Source of the DNA: an uncultured Candidatus Rokubacteria bacterium
Lineage (GTDB): Bacteria > Methylomirabilota > Methylomirabilia > Rokubacteriales > CSP1-6
Length of the DNA stretch: 64,000 nt
Assembly: GCA_963789955.1 (NCBI GenBank)
Contig: CAWBMV010000013.1
Location: 1 to 64,000, forward strand
Direction of reading: 5' to 3'
Numbering within the stretch: the first letter of the stretch is position 1; each line of letters opens with the position of its first letter. Below are positions 30,660 through 40,364 of the stretch, piece by piece. Below the pieces are notes generated by a model that saw only the letters and a list, made by a program, of their open reading frames with translations, made no database searches and was not told where the DNA came from. Made by a program: the position numbers and the translations under genes.

Positions 30660-32381
30660 ATGGTCACGCTCGAGTTTCACGATCCGTCCGGCGCGATCGA
30701 GGTCAAGCAGCCGTTTGCCCCGCGCATCACCAGCCTCGAGGGCAAGCGCATCGGCTTCGTCAGCAACGACCAGTGGCAGGCCTTCCGCATGCTGCCGCTC
30801 TTGAAGTCGCTGCTCGAGGCCGACTTCCCGCGCATCGAGGTGCTGCCGATCGACGCCTTCCCCCAGGGCAACGCCGTGATCGGCTCGGAGGAGACGGCGG
30901 CGCAGGTGAAACAGCGCGGCGTCGACGCGGTCATCATCGGCAACGCTGCCTGAGGGTCCTGCGCCACTGCATGCGGCCGGGCGGCCGCTAGGCTCGAAGC
31001 ACAGGGAATCCCGACCGTCACCCTGACCCGCGCGGACTTCGTGGGAGTCATGACGAACGCCGTCGCCGGCCTCGGCCTGGCGCCGGACGCGGCGATGGTC
31101 ACCTTCCCCATCGAGATGTTCCTGCCGGGGAGCGACATCTCGCCGCTCGAGGCACGCAAGCGCGAGTTCTACGACGGGCTCACGCGGTGGCGCTCGGCCT
31201 TCGGCGGTGACGGCGCGGCCGACGCGGCGATGATCAAGGTTCAGGGCGCGAGCGTCGAGGATGCGTTCTCGCGCGCGAATCATCTGATGCTCGCGAACCG
31301 CTGGGGTGACGGCCTTCCGCTCTGGCCCCCGACGCGCGAGCGCGTCGACTGGATCCTCCGCGGCGCCACCGAGCCGCGCGGGCGTCGCGTCGGCATCTTC
31401 CCGCCCCGCGGCGGCGTGACCACGATCGAGACGTGCGCGATCGCACTGGCGATGGCCGGCGGACGTCCGGAGTACCTGCCGGTGCTCGTGGCCGCCGTCG
31501 ACGCGTTCCTCGATCCCGAATCAGGGAGCGCGCAGCTCCAGGCCGCGTCGGGCAGCGCCTTTCCCGTGGTGATCGTCAACGGGCCCATCGGCGCTCAGAT
31601 CCGGCTGAACGCCGGCTTCGGCTGCCTCGGCCCGGATCCGCAGCGACCCGCGGGCGCCAGCATCGGGCGCGCGCTGCGTCTCCTGCAGCAAAACGTCGGC
31701 GGCGCGCTGCCCGGCATCGGCACCATGGCCAACTACGGCGGCGTGCGCTACACCAACGTCGTCTTCGCCGAGGACGAGGCGAGCCTGCCGAGTGGATGGG
31801 CGACGCACGCGACCGAGCGCCACGCCTTCGCGCCGGGGCAGAATTCGATCTCGCTCGCGTTCGCAAACGGGGCGACCAACATCCGCCGGCGCGGCGCGAA
31901 GAAGGAGACGCCCGAAGAGGACGCGCTGCAGGGCATGTACCGCATGGCCGACTTCATGCGCGTGCCCAACATGCCGGGTCTGGCCGGCTACGACCACGGC
32001 ACGCCGGGCGTCTTGATGATTCCGGGTGTCGTGGCGAACACGATGGCTGGTCTCGGCTGGACGAAAACCTCGATCCGCGACTTCCTCTGGGAGCACTCGC
32101 GCATTCCCACCGAGCATCTGCGTCGCGCGGGCTGTCCGGCGTGGATCGAGATCGACTCGAGCAAGGTCGTGCGCGAGAGCATCGCGCTCGACCCGTGGCC
32201 GATCACCGCCAGCCCCGACAACTTCATCGTCGTGGTCGCGGGCGGCGGGCATCCGACCAACAGCTACTGGCTCCAGGGCTACAGCCCGGGGGTCGTCGGC
32301 CGCACGCTCACGCTGCCGCCGTCCTTCGACGAGCTGCTCGCCGACGCGGAGCGCGATCTAGGGCCTGGAGCGACTTCATAG
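30660..32381 (+). CDS. UGSC-family selenoprotein (Sec at codon 98, TGA at 30951-30953) fused to its usual GDGLP-PPT partner domain; 573 aa
   Basis: AGGAGG then ATG at 30660. The frame reads VDAVIIGNAA-TGA-GSCATACGRAAARLEAQGIPTV and continues without a stop into ORF 31041-32381 (WGDGLPLWPPTRERV, VIVNGP, ASIGRALRL). Confidence 0.88.
30954..30990 (+). promoter_or_regulatory. Candidate bacterial SECIS element
   Basis: Hairpin GCGGCC (30973-30978), loop GGGC, GGCCGC (30983-30988). The G-starting apical loop lies about 25 nt after the UGA. Confidence 0.65.
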
Positions 32382-32397
32382 CATCGCGCTCCGGCTC

Positions 32398-33213
32398 TCA
32401 CACGAGCCGCGGGCGGTCGCCTTCCACGATGATCCGCCAGAGGATCCGGCTCTCGCGCCGGTCGTAGTCGCCGTGCGCCCGGTGCATCGTCGCGCGGTCG
32501 TCGATCACCAGCACGTCGCCCTTGCGCCAGAGGTGGTGATAGACGATCTCCGGCCGGATCATCCGGTCGAGCAGGTCGGACATGTAGGCGCGGCTCGCCT
32601 CCGGCGTCATGCCCTCGATGTGCGTCGCCTTGGTGATGTGAAAGTACACCGCCCTCGATCCGTGGACAGGATGCGTGCGGACCATCGGGTGCTCGATCGG
32701 CGTGCCGTACTTGTCCACGTCGTCCTGGCGCGTGTCGGCGCGATCGCGGTCCAGGCTGTTGAACGTCTTCAGCGAATCGAGGCGCCGGCGCTCGCCCTCT
32801 GGTAGCGCGACGTAGGCCGCGCGCATGTTCGCCACGCTCGTCCCGCCGCCGGCCGAGGGAATCTCCACGCCGTACAGGATGGTCGCGGCCGGCGGGCGCT
32901 CACGGTTGGTGTGGTCCGTGTGCCACCGCTCCGCCGGCTGCTGGCCGTTCCGGTGCCAGATCAGCCCGATCAGCGGAAAGTCGGGCATGTTGTGCTGCGA
33001 GTAGTGCTGCTCCATCGGCGGGCCGAACGACGACGCGGCCGCGAGATACTGGTACGGCGTCAACGTTTGCCCCCTGAACACGAGCGCCAGATGGTCGGCG
33101 AGCGCGCGCGACAAGGCTTCGCGAGTCGGCGCTTCGATCGGGCGGCTGAGATCGATGCCGGAGATCTCGGCGCCGAGCGAGGGATGGAGCGGCGCGATCT
33201 TCATGGGGCCCAT
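32398..33213 (-). CDS. TauD/TfdA family Fe(II)/2-oxoglutarate dioxygenase
   Basis: LGAEISGIDL, WHTD, HPMVRTHP, WRKGDVLVIDDRATMHRA. Confidence 0.9.
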   Translation of the reverse strand: MGPMKIAPLHPSLGAEISGIDLSRPIEAPTREALSRALADHLALVFRGQTLTPYQYLAAASSFGPPMEQHYSQHNMPDFPLIGLIWHRNGQQPAERWHTDHTNRERPPAATILYGVEIPSAGGGTSVANMRAAYVALPEGERRRLDSLKTFNSLDRDRADTRQDDVDKYGTPIEHPMVRTHPVHGSRAVYFHITKATHIEGMTPEASRAYMSDLLDRMIRPEIVYHHLWRKGDVLVIDDRATMHRAHGDYDRRESRILWRIIVEGDRPRLV

Positions 33214-33221
33214 GCTCGGCC

Positions 33222-33785
33222 TCAGCGAGCCAGGCCGGGAGTTCCGGCCGGCACGGCATAGACGTTCATCGTCAGCGAGACGGCCGTGTAGTACCCCATC
33301 AGCACGACCACGTCGGTGATGCTCTCGTGGCCGAGCGCCTTGATCGCGCGGTCGTACAGTCCCTGCGAGACCAGCCGGCCGTTGGCGAGCGTCGTCGCGA
33401 GCTCGTAGACGACCTGCTCCCTCGAGTCGGCGAACGCGGCCGGAAGCCCCGCCATCATCGCTTCAACGGCGGGCACGGGCAGCCCGACCTCCTTGCCGCG
33501 CTTCTCGTGCGCGGCGGCCGGATAGGCCGACTGCCACTTGCTGGTGATCACGATCACCGCGATCTCCCGCTCACGCTCCGTCAAGGACGAGTGGCCCGGC
33601 GTGAAGTGCTCGCCGAGCGGCGCGGCGGCACGGAGCAGCTTCGGATTGTGCACCCACACCTTGTAGGGGCCGGGCAAGCGGCCGCGTGGCCCTTCGACCA
33701 GGAAGCGAAAGCCGTCCTTCTGCTCCGCGGTCATCTGGTCGACGGGAATTTCGGCGTAGCGTCCGAACGTCGGGGTGGCGCTCAT
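33222..33785 (-). CDS. Carboxymuconolactone decarboxylase/AhpD-like family protein
   Basis: GPYKVWVHNP, LTEREREIAV, DVVVLMGYY. Confidence 0.8.
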   Translation of the reverse strand: MSATPTFGRYAEIPVDQMTAEQKDGFRFLVEGPRGRLPGPYKVWVHNPKLLRAAAPLGEHFTPGHSSLTEREREIAVIVITSKWQSAYPAAAHEKRGKEVGLPVPAVEAMMAGLPAAFADSREQVVYELATTLANGRLVSQGLYDRAIKALGHESITDVVVLMGYYTAVSLTMNVYAVPAGTPGLAR

Positions 33786-33803
33786 CGTCTTGTCTCCTGT
33801 CGT

Positions 33804-34394
33804 TCAGCGTCGCGCCAATCGTGCCACGGCCCAGACGAGATCGCTCGGCTCGACCGGCTTCGTCATGTAGAGATCGAACCCGACCGTCAGCGCGCGGTCG
33901 CGATCTTCGGCGCGCGCGTACGCGCTCAGGGCCAGCGCCGGCAAGGTCAGCCGACCTCCGCCGCCCACGATTTGAGCTTGCGGACGACAGCCAGACCGCC
34001 CTCGTCCGGCATCGCGAGATCGCAGATGAGCACGTCGGCGCACGCGCCGAGCCATGCTCATCCCGTCGCTGGCGCTGCCGGCCGTGAAGGTAACCGCGCC
34101 CGACTGGGCCCAGCCGCCGAAGCCCTTCGAGACCGTGGCCGCTTCCTCGTAGAAATGGGGCAGGTCGCCGCGACCATCGAGGTACCGCGACGCGGTCAGC
34201 GCCTCGACGCCGGCCTTGATGTCGTTGACGTCTCGATCGAGCGCCAGCGCCAGCGCGCGTGAGGTGTCGCGCATGCCACGCTCCAGCGATGACCTCTCGA
34301 GTCGTGTCTGGTACACGATCAGCTCGACGGCGAAGAGCACGACGGGAACGACCGTCGCCAAGGTCAACAAGATCAAGTGCGTACGCAGCTTCAC
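33804..34394 (-). pseudogene. Relic of a hybrid histidine kinase: TM/Cache-like N-terminus joined to a partial receiver domain
   Basis: MKLRTHLILLTLATVVPV...RALALALDR jumps to SGAVTFTAGSA, an off-frame DVLICDLAMPDE, then ALALSAYARAEDRDRAL..KPVEP. Kinase core missing. Confidence 0.68.
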
Positions 34395-34501
34395 AGCAGT
34401 GGATACTGCACCCGTTGGAACGACATGACAACTCGACCCGTTTCAGACGGGTACTACATGCTGTTCGTCCTCGATCAGGCGAACGTGCCGTCGATCGCGG
34501 C

Positions 34502-34750
34502 TCAGCGAGGCTCTTTGGCTTTGAGCTCGGAGTCGTGGGCCTTGATGAAGGCGCGGATATCGTCGGCCAGGTCGAGCAGCTTGGTCCACTGCTCTTTGTA
34601 GAGGGTGACGGGAAACCGGCCGAGGCCGTAGACGGAGACTCCGCCCTTCTCGCTGACCTTCATCGAGACGCCGCGCGTGGCCTGGGCCTTCAGCGCGGCG
34701 TTCTCGGCTTTGAGTCGCTCGACTTCCGCGTGCAGCGTGTCGTCAGCCAT
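34502..34750 (-). CDS. Small conserved hypothetical protein (coiled coil plus KVSEKG-GLGRFPVTLY motif)
   Basis: GAGGAG RBS. 82 aa: MADDTLHAEVERLKAEN...KVSEKGGVSVYGLGRFPVTLYKEQW. Confidence 0.8.
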   Translation of the reverse strand: MADDTLHAEVERLKAENAALKAQATRGVSMKVSEKGGVSVYGLGRFPVTLYKEQWTKLLDLADDIRAFIKAHDSELKAKEPR

Positions 34751-34796
34751 CGTCGCTCTCCTCGGACCTAGCATCTCACAGGAGTAAGATTCCGAC

Positions 34797-37700
34797 GTGA
34801 GCGTTCCGCGTCTGCCCACCGGTACCGTCACCTTTCTGTTCACCGACATCGAGGGCAGCACGAGGCTCTGGCAGCGGGAGCCCGAGGGGATGAAGGCCGC
34901 CCTCGCCCGCCATCACGAGATCGCTGAAACAGGCGATCGAGTCGAGCGGCGGGTACGTCTTCCAGATCGTGGGCGACGCGTTCTGCGCCGCCTTTCACAC
35001 GGTTTCGGCCGGTGTCGGCGCCGCGCTGGCGGCCCAGCGCGGCGCTCGCGAGCGAGCCGTGGGGCGACCGCGACGCCGATTCGCGTGCGCATGGCGCGTG
35101 CACGCGGGCACGGCCGACGTCCACGCGGGCGAGCACAAGTCGGCGAGTACGTGTCCGGGCTCACGCTCGAGCCACGCGGCGCGCCTGCTGTCGGTCGGGA
35201 TACGGCGGGCAGATCCTCGTGTCGAACTGCCGCGCAGGAGATGCTCCGCGACGACGGCCTGCCGTCCCATGATCGAGCTCCGCGATCTCGGGCGTGCATC
35301 GCCTGCGCGACATCGCGGGCGCCGAGCATATCTTTCAGGTGGTCGCGTCAGAGCCTGCCGGACGTGCCTTCCCGGCGCTCGCGTCCCTGGAGACCGTGCC
35401 TCAATAACCTGCCGCGCCAGCTCACGAGCTTCGTCGGACGCGAGCGCGAGATCGCCGAGGTCGCAGCGCCTGCTGGCGAGACGCGCCTGCTCACCTTGAC
35501 CGGGCCCGGCGGCAGCGGCAAGACGCGCCTCGCGCTGGAGGCCGCCGCCGGACTCCTGGCCGAGCTACCCGGACGGCGTGTGGATGCTCGAGCTCGCGCC
35601 GCTGGCCGATCCCGCGCTCGTACGCCCAGGTGCTCGCCACGACGCTCGGCGTGCGCGAGGAGGCCGGCCGCCCTTGCTCACGATCGTGATCGATCACCTC
35701 CGAGCCGACGCGCCTTGCTGCTGCTCGACAACTGCGAGCACCTGATCGACGCCTGCGCGCCGCTCGCCGACGCGCTGCTGCGCGCCTGCCCGCGCGTGAG
35801 GATCCTGGCCGACCAGCCGCGAGCCGCTCGGCCTCGCCGGCGAGGTGGCCTTCCGCGTGCCGCCGCTCTCGTTGCCCGACCCGCGTCACGATGCCGCCGC
35901 TGGAGCACGTGGCCGACTACGAGGCGATCCGGCTGTTCGTCGACCGCGCGGTCGCGGTCGAGCCCGGACTTCGCGCTGACGGAGCGAACGCGCCGGCCGT
36001 ACGGCCAAGGTCTGCGAGCGGCTGGACGGCATCCCGCTCGCGATCGAGCTGGCGGCGGCGCGGGTGCGGACGCTGTCGGTCGCAGCAGATCGCCGCCCAC
36101 CTCGACGAACGCTTCCGCCTGCTGACGGGCGGCAGCCGCACCGCGCTGCCGCGCCATCAGACGCTGCGCGGCCTGATCGACTGGAGCTACGACCTGCTGG
36201 TCTGACCAGCGAGCGCGTCCTGTTCCGGCGTCTCTCGGTCTTCGCGGGTGGCTGGACGCTCGACGCGGCGGTGGCGGTCTGCGCGTGTCGACGGTGTCGA
36301 GCGTCACGACGCTGTCGACCTGCTCGGGCGTCTGGTGGACAAGTCGCTGGTGCTTGATGGACGAGCCGCGACGGCGAAGCGCGCTATCGACATGCTCGAG
36401 ACGATTCGACAGTACGGGCTGCGAGAAGCTCGCGGATTCGCCGGACGGCGAGACTGTGCGCGCTCGTCATTCGCGAGTTCTGGGTCGGCTTCGCCGAGGC
36501 GGCGGAGCCGCGGCTCGAGGGGTCCGAGCAGGTCGCCTGGCTCGCGCGGCTCGACGACGACCACGACAACATGCGGGCGGCGCTGCGCTGGTCGCTCGAT
36601 CGCGACGAGATCGAGCCGGCGCTGCGCCTCGGCGCCGCGCTCGTCCTGTTCTGGGACACGCGCGGCTACGTCCGCGAGGGGCGCGAGTGGGTCGATGCGC
36701 TCCTGGCCAAGGCGGGCGCGTCGCCGGCCCAGGTCCTCACGACCCACGGCCGGCGCGCTCTGGCGAAGGTCTTCGACGGCGCCGCGCGCATGCGGGCGCG
36801 CTGGAGCGAGTTCGCCGACGACGGTCGATCTCCAGACCCGCGGGCTCCAGGTGTGGCGCGAGCTCGGGGACACGCGCGGCATCGCGGAGGCGCTCAACAA
36901 CCTCGGCGACGTGTCGACGATTGCGCGGTGACCGGGCGCGCAGCAAGGAGTTCGTCGAGGAAAGCCTCGCGCTCTTCCGTGGCCTCGGCGACGAGCGCGG
37001 CATCGCGCACGCGCTGATTCTGAGGGCCGAGCTGGCCGCCGATGACGGCGATCACGCGCGCGCGCGATCGCTCGTTCGAGGAGAGCGTGCCACTGTTCGA
37101 GGTGATCCAGGACCGGCGCGGGCTCTCGCACGCTCTAGTGAGCCTCGGCGGCATCCTCACGAAACAGGGCGACGACCGTCGTGCCGAGAGGCTCTACGGC
37201 AGAAGCCTCGCGCTGGCCGAGGAGCTCGGCGACAAGCACGCCGTCGCGACGGCGCTCCGGAGCCTCGGCGCCGCGGCACCATCACCGCCAGGATCACGCG
37301 CGGGCGCGGAGCTTCTACGAGGACAGCGTCGCGCGCTTCCGTGAGATGAACGACAGCTTCTGCCTCGCCCAGGCGCTCGTCGGCTTCGCCCTGGCCGCGC
37401 ACGAGGCGGGCGACCGCGAGCGGGCGGAGACGCTCGGCGACGACGGCCTGGCTTTGCTGCGCGCGAACGACGCCAGAGGCGAGCTGGCATCGAGCCTCGA
37501 GCGCCTGGGCCGCGCCGTCCTCGGGCATCGCGACGTCGGACGAGCAGCGCACTTCTTCGGCGAGAGCCTTCGCCTGTGGGTCGACGCCCAGGATGCCTCG
37601 GGTGTCGCGACCAGCCTGGCAGGGCTGGCGCGAGTGGCCGAAGCGCGCCAGCGTCCGGCGATTGCGTTGCGCCTGCTCGCCGCAGCCGAGACATGGCGCC

Positions 37701-37879
37701 GATCGCGCGGAGCTCAGCGCTCGGACGCCGACCGGAACGTCTGCGATCGCCTCGCCGCCGCGGCCCGCGCTCAGCTCGATCCGAGCGCGGCCGAAACGGC
37801 GTGGTCGGAGGGCGTGCGAACATCGGTGGACGAGACGATCGCTTGCGCGCAGGAGCTCATCGATTCGTCCTCACCGTGA
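34797..37879 (+). CDS. Adenylate/guanylate cyclase + STAND (NB-ARC-like) ATPase + TPR protein; very heavily frameshifted (errors or pseudogene)
   Basis: LPTGTVTFLFTDIEGST, GDAFCAAF, NNLPRQLTSFVGRERE, P-loop GPGGSGKT, LLLDNCEHL, LDGIPLAIELAAAR, RHQTLRGLIDWSYDLL, TPR-like repeats. Confidence 0.85.
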
Positions 37880-37912
37880 GCCCGAGCTCGCCGCGCGTTG
37901 CCCGTTAGGCCA

Positions 37913-39219
37913 TCAACCTCCCGCGCACCGAGGATGCAAGACGTCGATCGCATACCCGACGTTGAGACGCTCCCCGCCCCATCCGGGCGTCGCGGTGTGC
38001 GCGCGAATGACGATGCCCTCCCTATCGTTCTGTGCTCGGAGCACGTCAGCGGGATGGTCAGGGACTCCGGCCGGCAGTGGCACTTCGGGAAGAATTCGAC
38101 CGTCTGGACGGCGGAAGCAGAGCTCGCCGTCCGCCTGTCGATCGACTCGGTAGCCTTCCTCGTGAACCGCTCGATGATGCCGGCGACAGAGCAGAGCGAG
38201 ATTCGAAAGCGTGGTTGGGCCTCCTTGCGCCCAGTGACGGATGTGATGGCCCTGTCCGAATCGCACGTGACAACCGGGAAAGCGACAACCGTGGTCTCGG
38301 TGATGTAACGCACGGCGGAGCGCAGGAGGAATCGTCCTCGATTCGCGCGCCGACCTCGACGACCCGTCCGTCGGCAGCGTGTTGCATCACCACGCGACTC
38401 GCGTCGCACGCCAGACGCTGGGACGTTTCCGCGGAAACGCGCGCGCCGTTTTCGAGGACAGACTGACCCGGCGCATCAGGATCCGCCAGGACCGGCGCGT
38501 CGACATGAACCACCACTTGATAGCGCTCGCCCGGCGCGCCTGGGTCCAGACCACGATGCAGACCCGTCTCCGCGAGCAGGGTCAGCGCATCGGCCTGCTG
38601 CTGAGCTATCGCGGGCGTTTCCGCGGAAACGTCGATCGGCGCATCGAAGGTCTGCTGGCGGCCCTGTTGGTACAAGGCTTCGCGGGCTGCATCCAGGGCC
38701 CGCATGAGGACGGCGCCCGGCCTCGGGTGTCAGCCGCCCGCGGACGACGACCATACCGTCCTCGTCTTGATACACATGTAAAGCGCGGTCCGTGTGACGG
38801 CGCTGCTCCTCGTGAGCCTCAGCCTTGCGATCCACCCGGCGCCAGCCGCGTACGATACGCTCGACATGCTCAGCCGTGCCGGCGCGCCCGACCGCCAGGA
38901 GCCGCTCCTCGGTCTCGGGCGTGGCCACGCGAGTCAGTGCGCGAATCTTGGCGTATGAGAGCTCGCCATGCGCCAGAGCCCGCGCGAGCCGGGGCAAGGT
39001 CTCGAGCGCGTGTGCCACGCGAACGCGCTCGCGGGCCGCGCCGAGATCGAGGCCGACGCGCCAGCTCAGCCAGGCCGCGCACGAGCGGAAGCCGTTGTTC
39101 CAGCCTTTGCGCGCATCGAACTCGCGGATGAGGTCAAGGAGCCGAGCGGTCGCGGCATCGAGGTGGGCCGAGAGCTCGGCGATCTCGTCGCCGAGTCGAT
39201 CGAGCGAGCATTCTTCCAT
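37913..39219 (-). CDS. DUF222 + HNH endonuclease protein; frameshifted near 38710 and 38340
   Basis: SCAAWLSWR, ARERVRVA, ELSYAKIRALTR, RLACDA, RDHGCRFPGC, HHIRHWAQGGPTTLSNLALLCRRHHRAVHE. Confidence 0.88.
38424..38631. repeat. Two copies of the perfect 16-bp palindrome CGTTTCCGCGGAAACG
   Basis: At 38424-38439 and 38616-38631, both inside the DUF222 coding region. Confidence 0.9.
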
Positions 39220-39519
39220 GGCGAGTCTCCTTCCTAACAGAGACTCTAGCCCCGAATTTCGCGGGCCCCTGGCAGGCGCCGCAAGCGACGATCACTGCCG
39301 CGTCCAGATTTTTCCGACGACCCACGACGCACGTGCGCTTCGCGCGCTCGCCGGCCGCTGGAGCGAGTTTCAGAGCCTCCGACGACACGCCGAGCACGAT
39401 GCCACACAAAATGCTGTCAACCGAAATTTGCAGCGCCCGTACGATGACCGAAAATGACGACCGACGTCGCGGTGTATCCAAATTCAGACGCCGCGCTCGG
39501 ACGCTGCCCGGACTCCACG

Positions 39520-40326
39520 CTACGCCCCCACGCCCCACGCGATGGCGTTGCGCAGCAGCGCGATGAACGCGTCGCTCTCCCACGACCCCCGAAACGTCAG
39601 CGGCGTGGTGTCGGTCGGGTCGACGACGCGCGAGGCCCGAATCGCGGGATTGTGGCAGTGGCCGAGCGCGAAGTACGTGACGCCGCCCTGGCCCACCGCG
39701 CGCGTGTAGCCGAGCACGCGCGTTTTGCCGTCCGGCTGCAGCGACGTGTCCGAGGGATAGAGCGTCCCGAACGCGGTCGAAACGGCGGACGGGCCGTAGT
39801 CCGCGGTCAGCAAGATGCGTGTCGACTTCGGGTCCTGGAGCTCGATGAAGTACGGCTCGTCCTCGACGACGAACGACGCGCCGAGCCCGCGCGTCAGGCT
39901 CTGGTCGCCCGTGACGTCGACGCGGATCTTGCAGATCGGCGGATGGGTCAGAAAGTAGCTGCCGAGGATCGCGTGGTGCTCGGTCTTCACCGTGCGCCGC
40001 TGCCGCGAGCCCTCGACACGCTCGGCACGGCCGCCGCTGGTGCCGTGAAGGCCGAGCCAGCGGCCGCCGGCTTCGAGCCACTGCTGCAGGGCCCGGCACT
40101 GCGCTGCGTCGGGGTACGGACCCGCCGCATAGGTAATCAGCAGACGGCTCACCGCCAGCCACTTCTCGAGATCCGCGAAGTCGTTGGCGACCGACGCCGG
40201 AATCTCGCGCTCGGCCAAGAGCCCCAGAAGCCGGAGACGGGCGTAGTCGTGATCGTGGCCGGCGGCCGATCCGGGCGGGAATCCGCCGGCGATGAGATGC
40301 GCGCGGCCTGCCTTCGTCTCTGTCAT
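39520..40326 (-). CDS. ThuA-like (class I glutamine amidotransferase-fold) protein
   Basis: GGRWLGLHG, FLTHPP, VEDEPY, GQGGVTYFALGH, LRNAIAWG. Confidence 0.8.
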   Translation of the reverse strand: MTETKAGRAHLIAGGFPPGSAAGHDHDYARLRLLGLLAEREIPASVANDFADLEKWLAVSRLLITYAAGPYPDAAQCRALQQWLEAGGRWLGLHGTSGGRAERVEGSRQRRTVKTEHHAILGSYFLTHPPICKIRVDVTGDQSLTRGLGASFVVEDEPYFIELQDPKSTRILLTADYGPSAVSTAFGTLYPSDTSLQPDGKTRVLGYTRAVGQGGVTYFALGHCHNPAIRASRVVDPTDTTPLTFRGSWESDAFIALLRNAIAWGVGA

Positions 40327-40364
40327 CGGATCACCTCGCGTCGCGCCGGATTAGAATCCGGGCC

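Noticed and set aside
33222..33785. CMD-family gene as pcaC or AhpD
   Set aside because: It is 20 kb from pcaHGB, longer than typical PcaC and has no CxxC.
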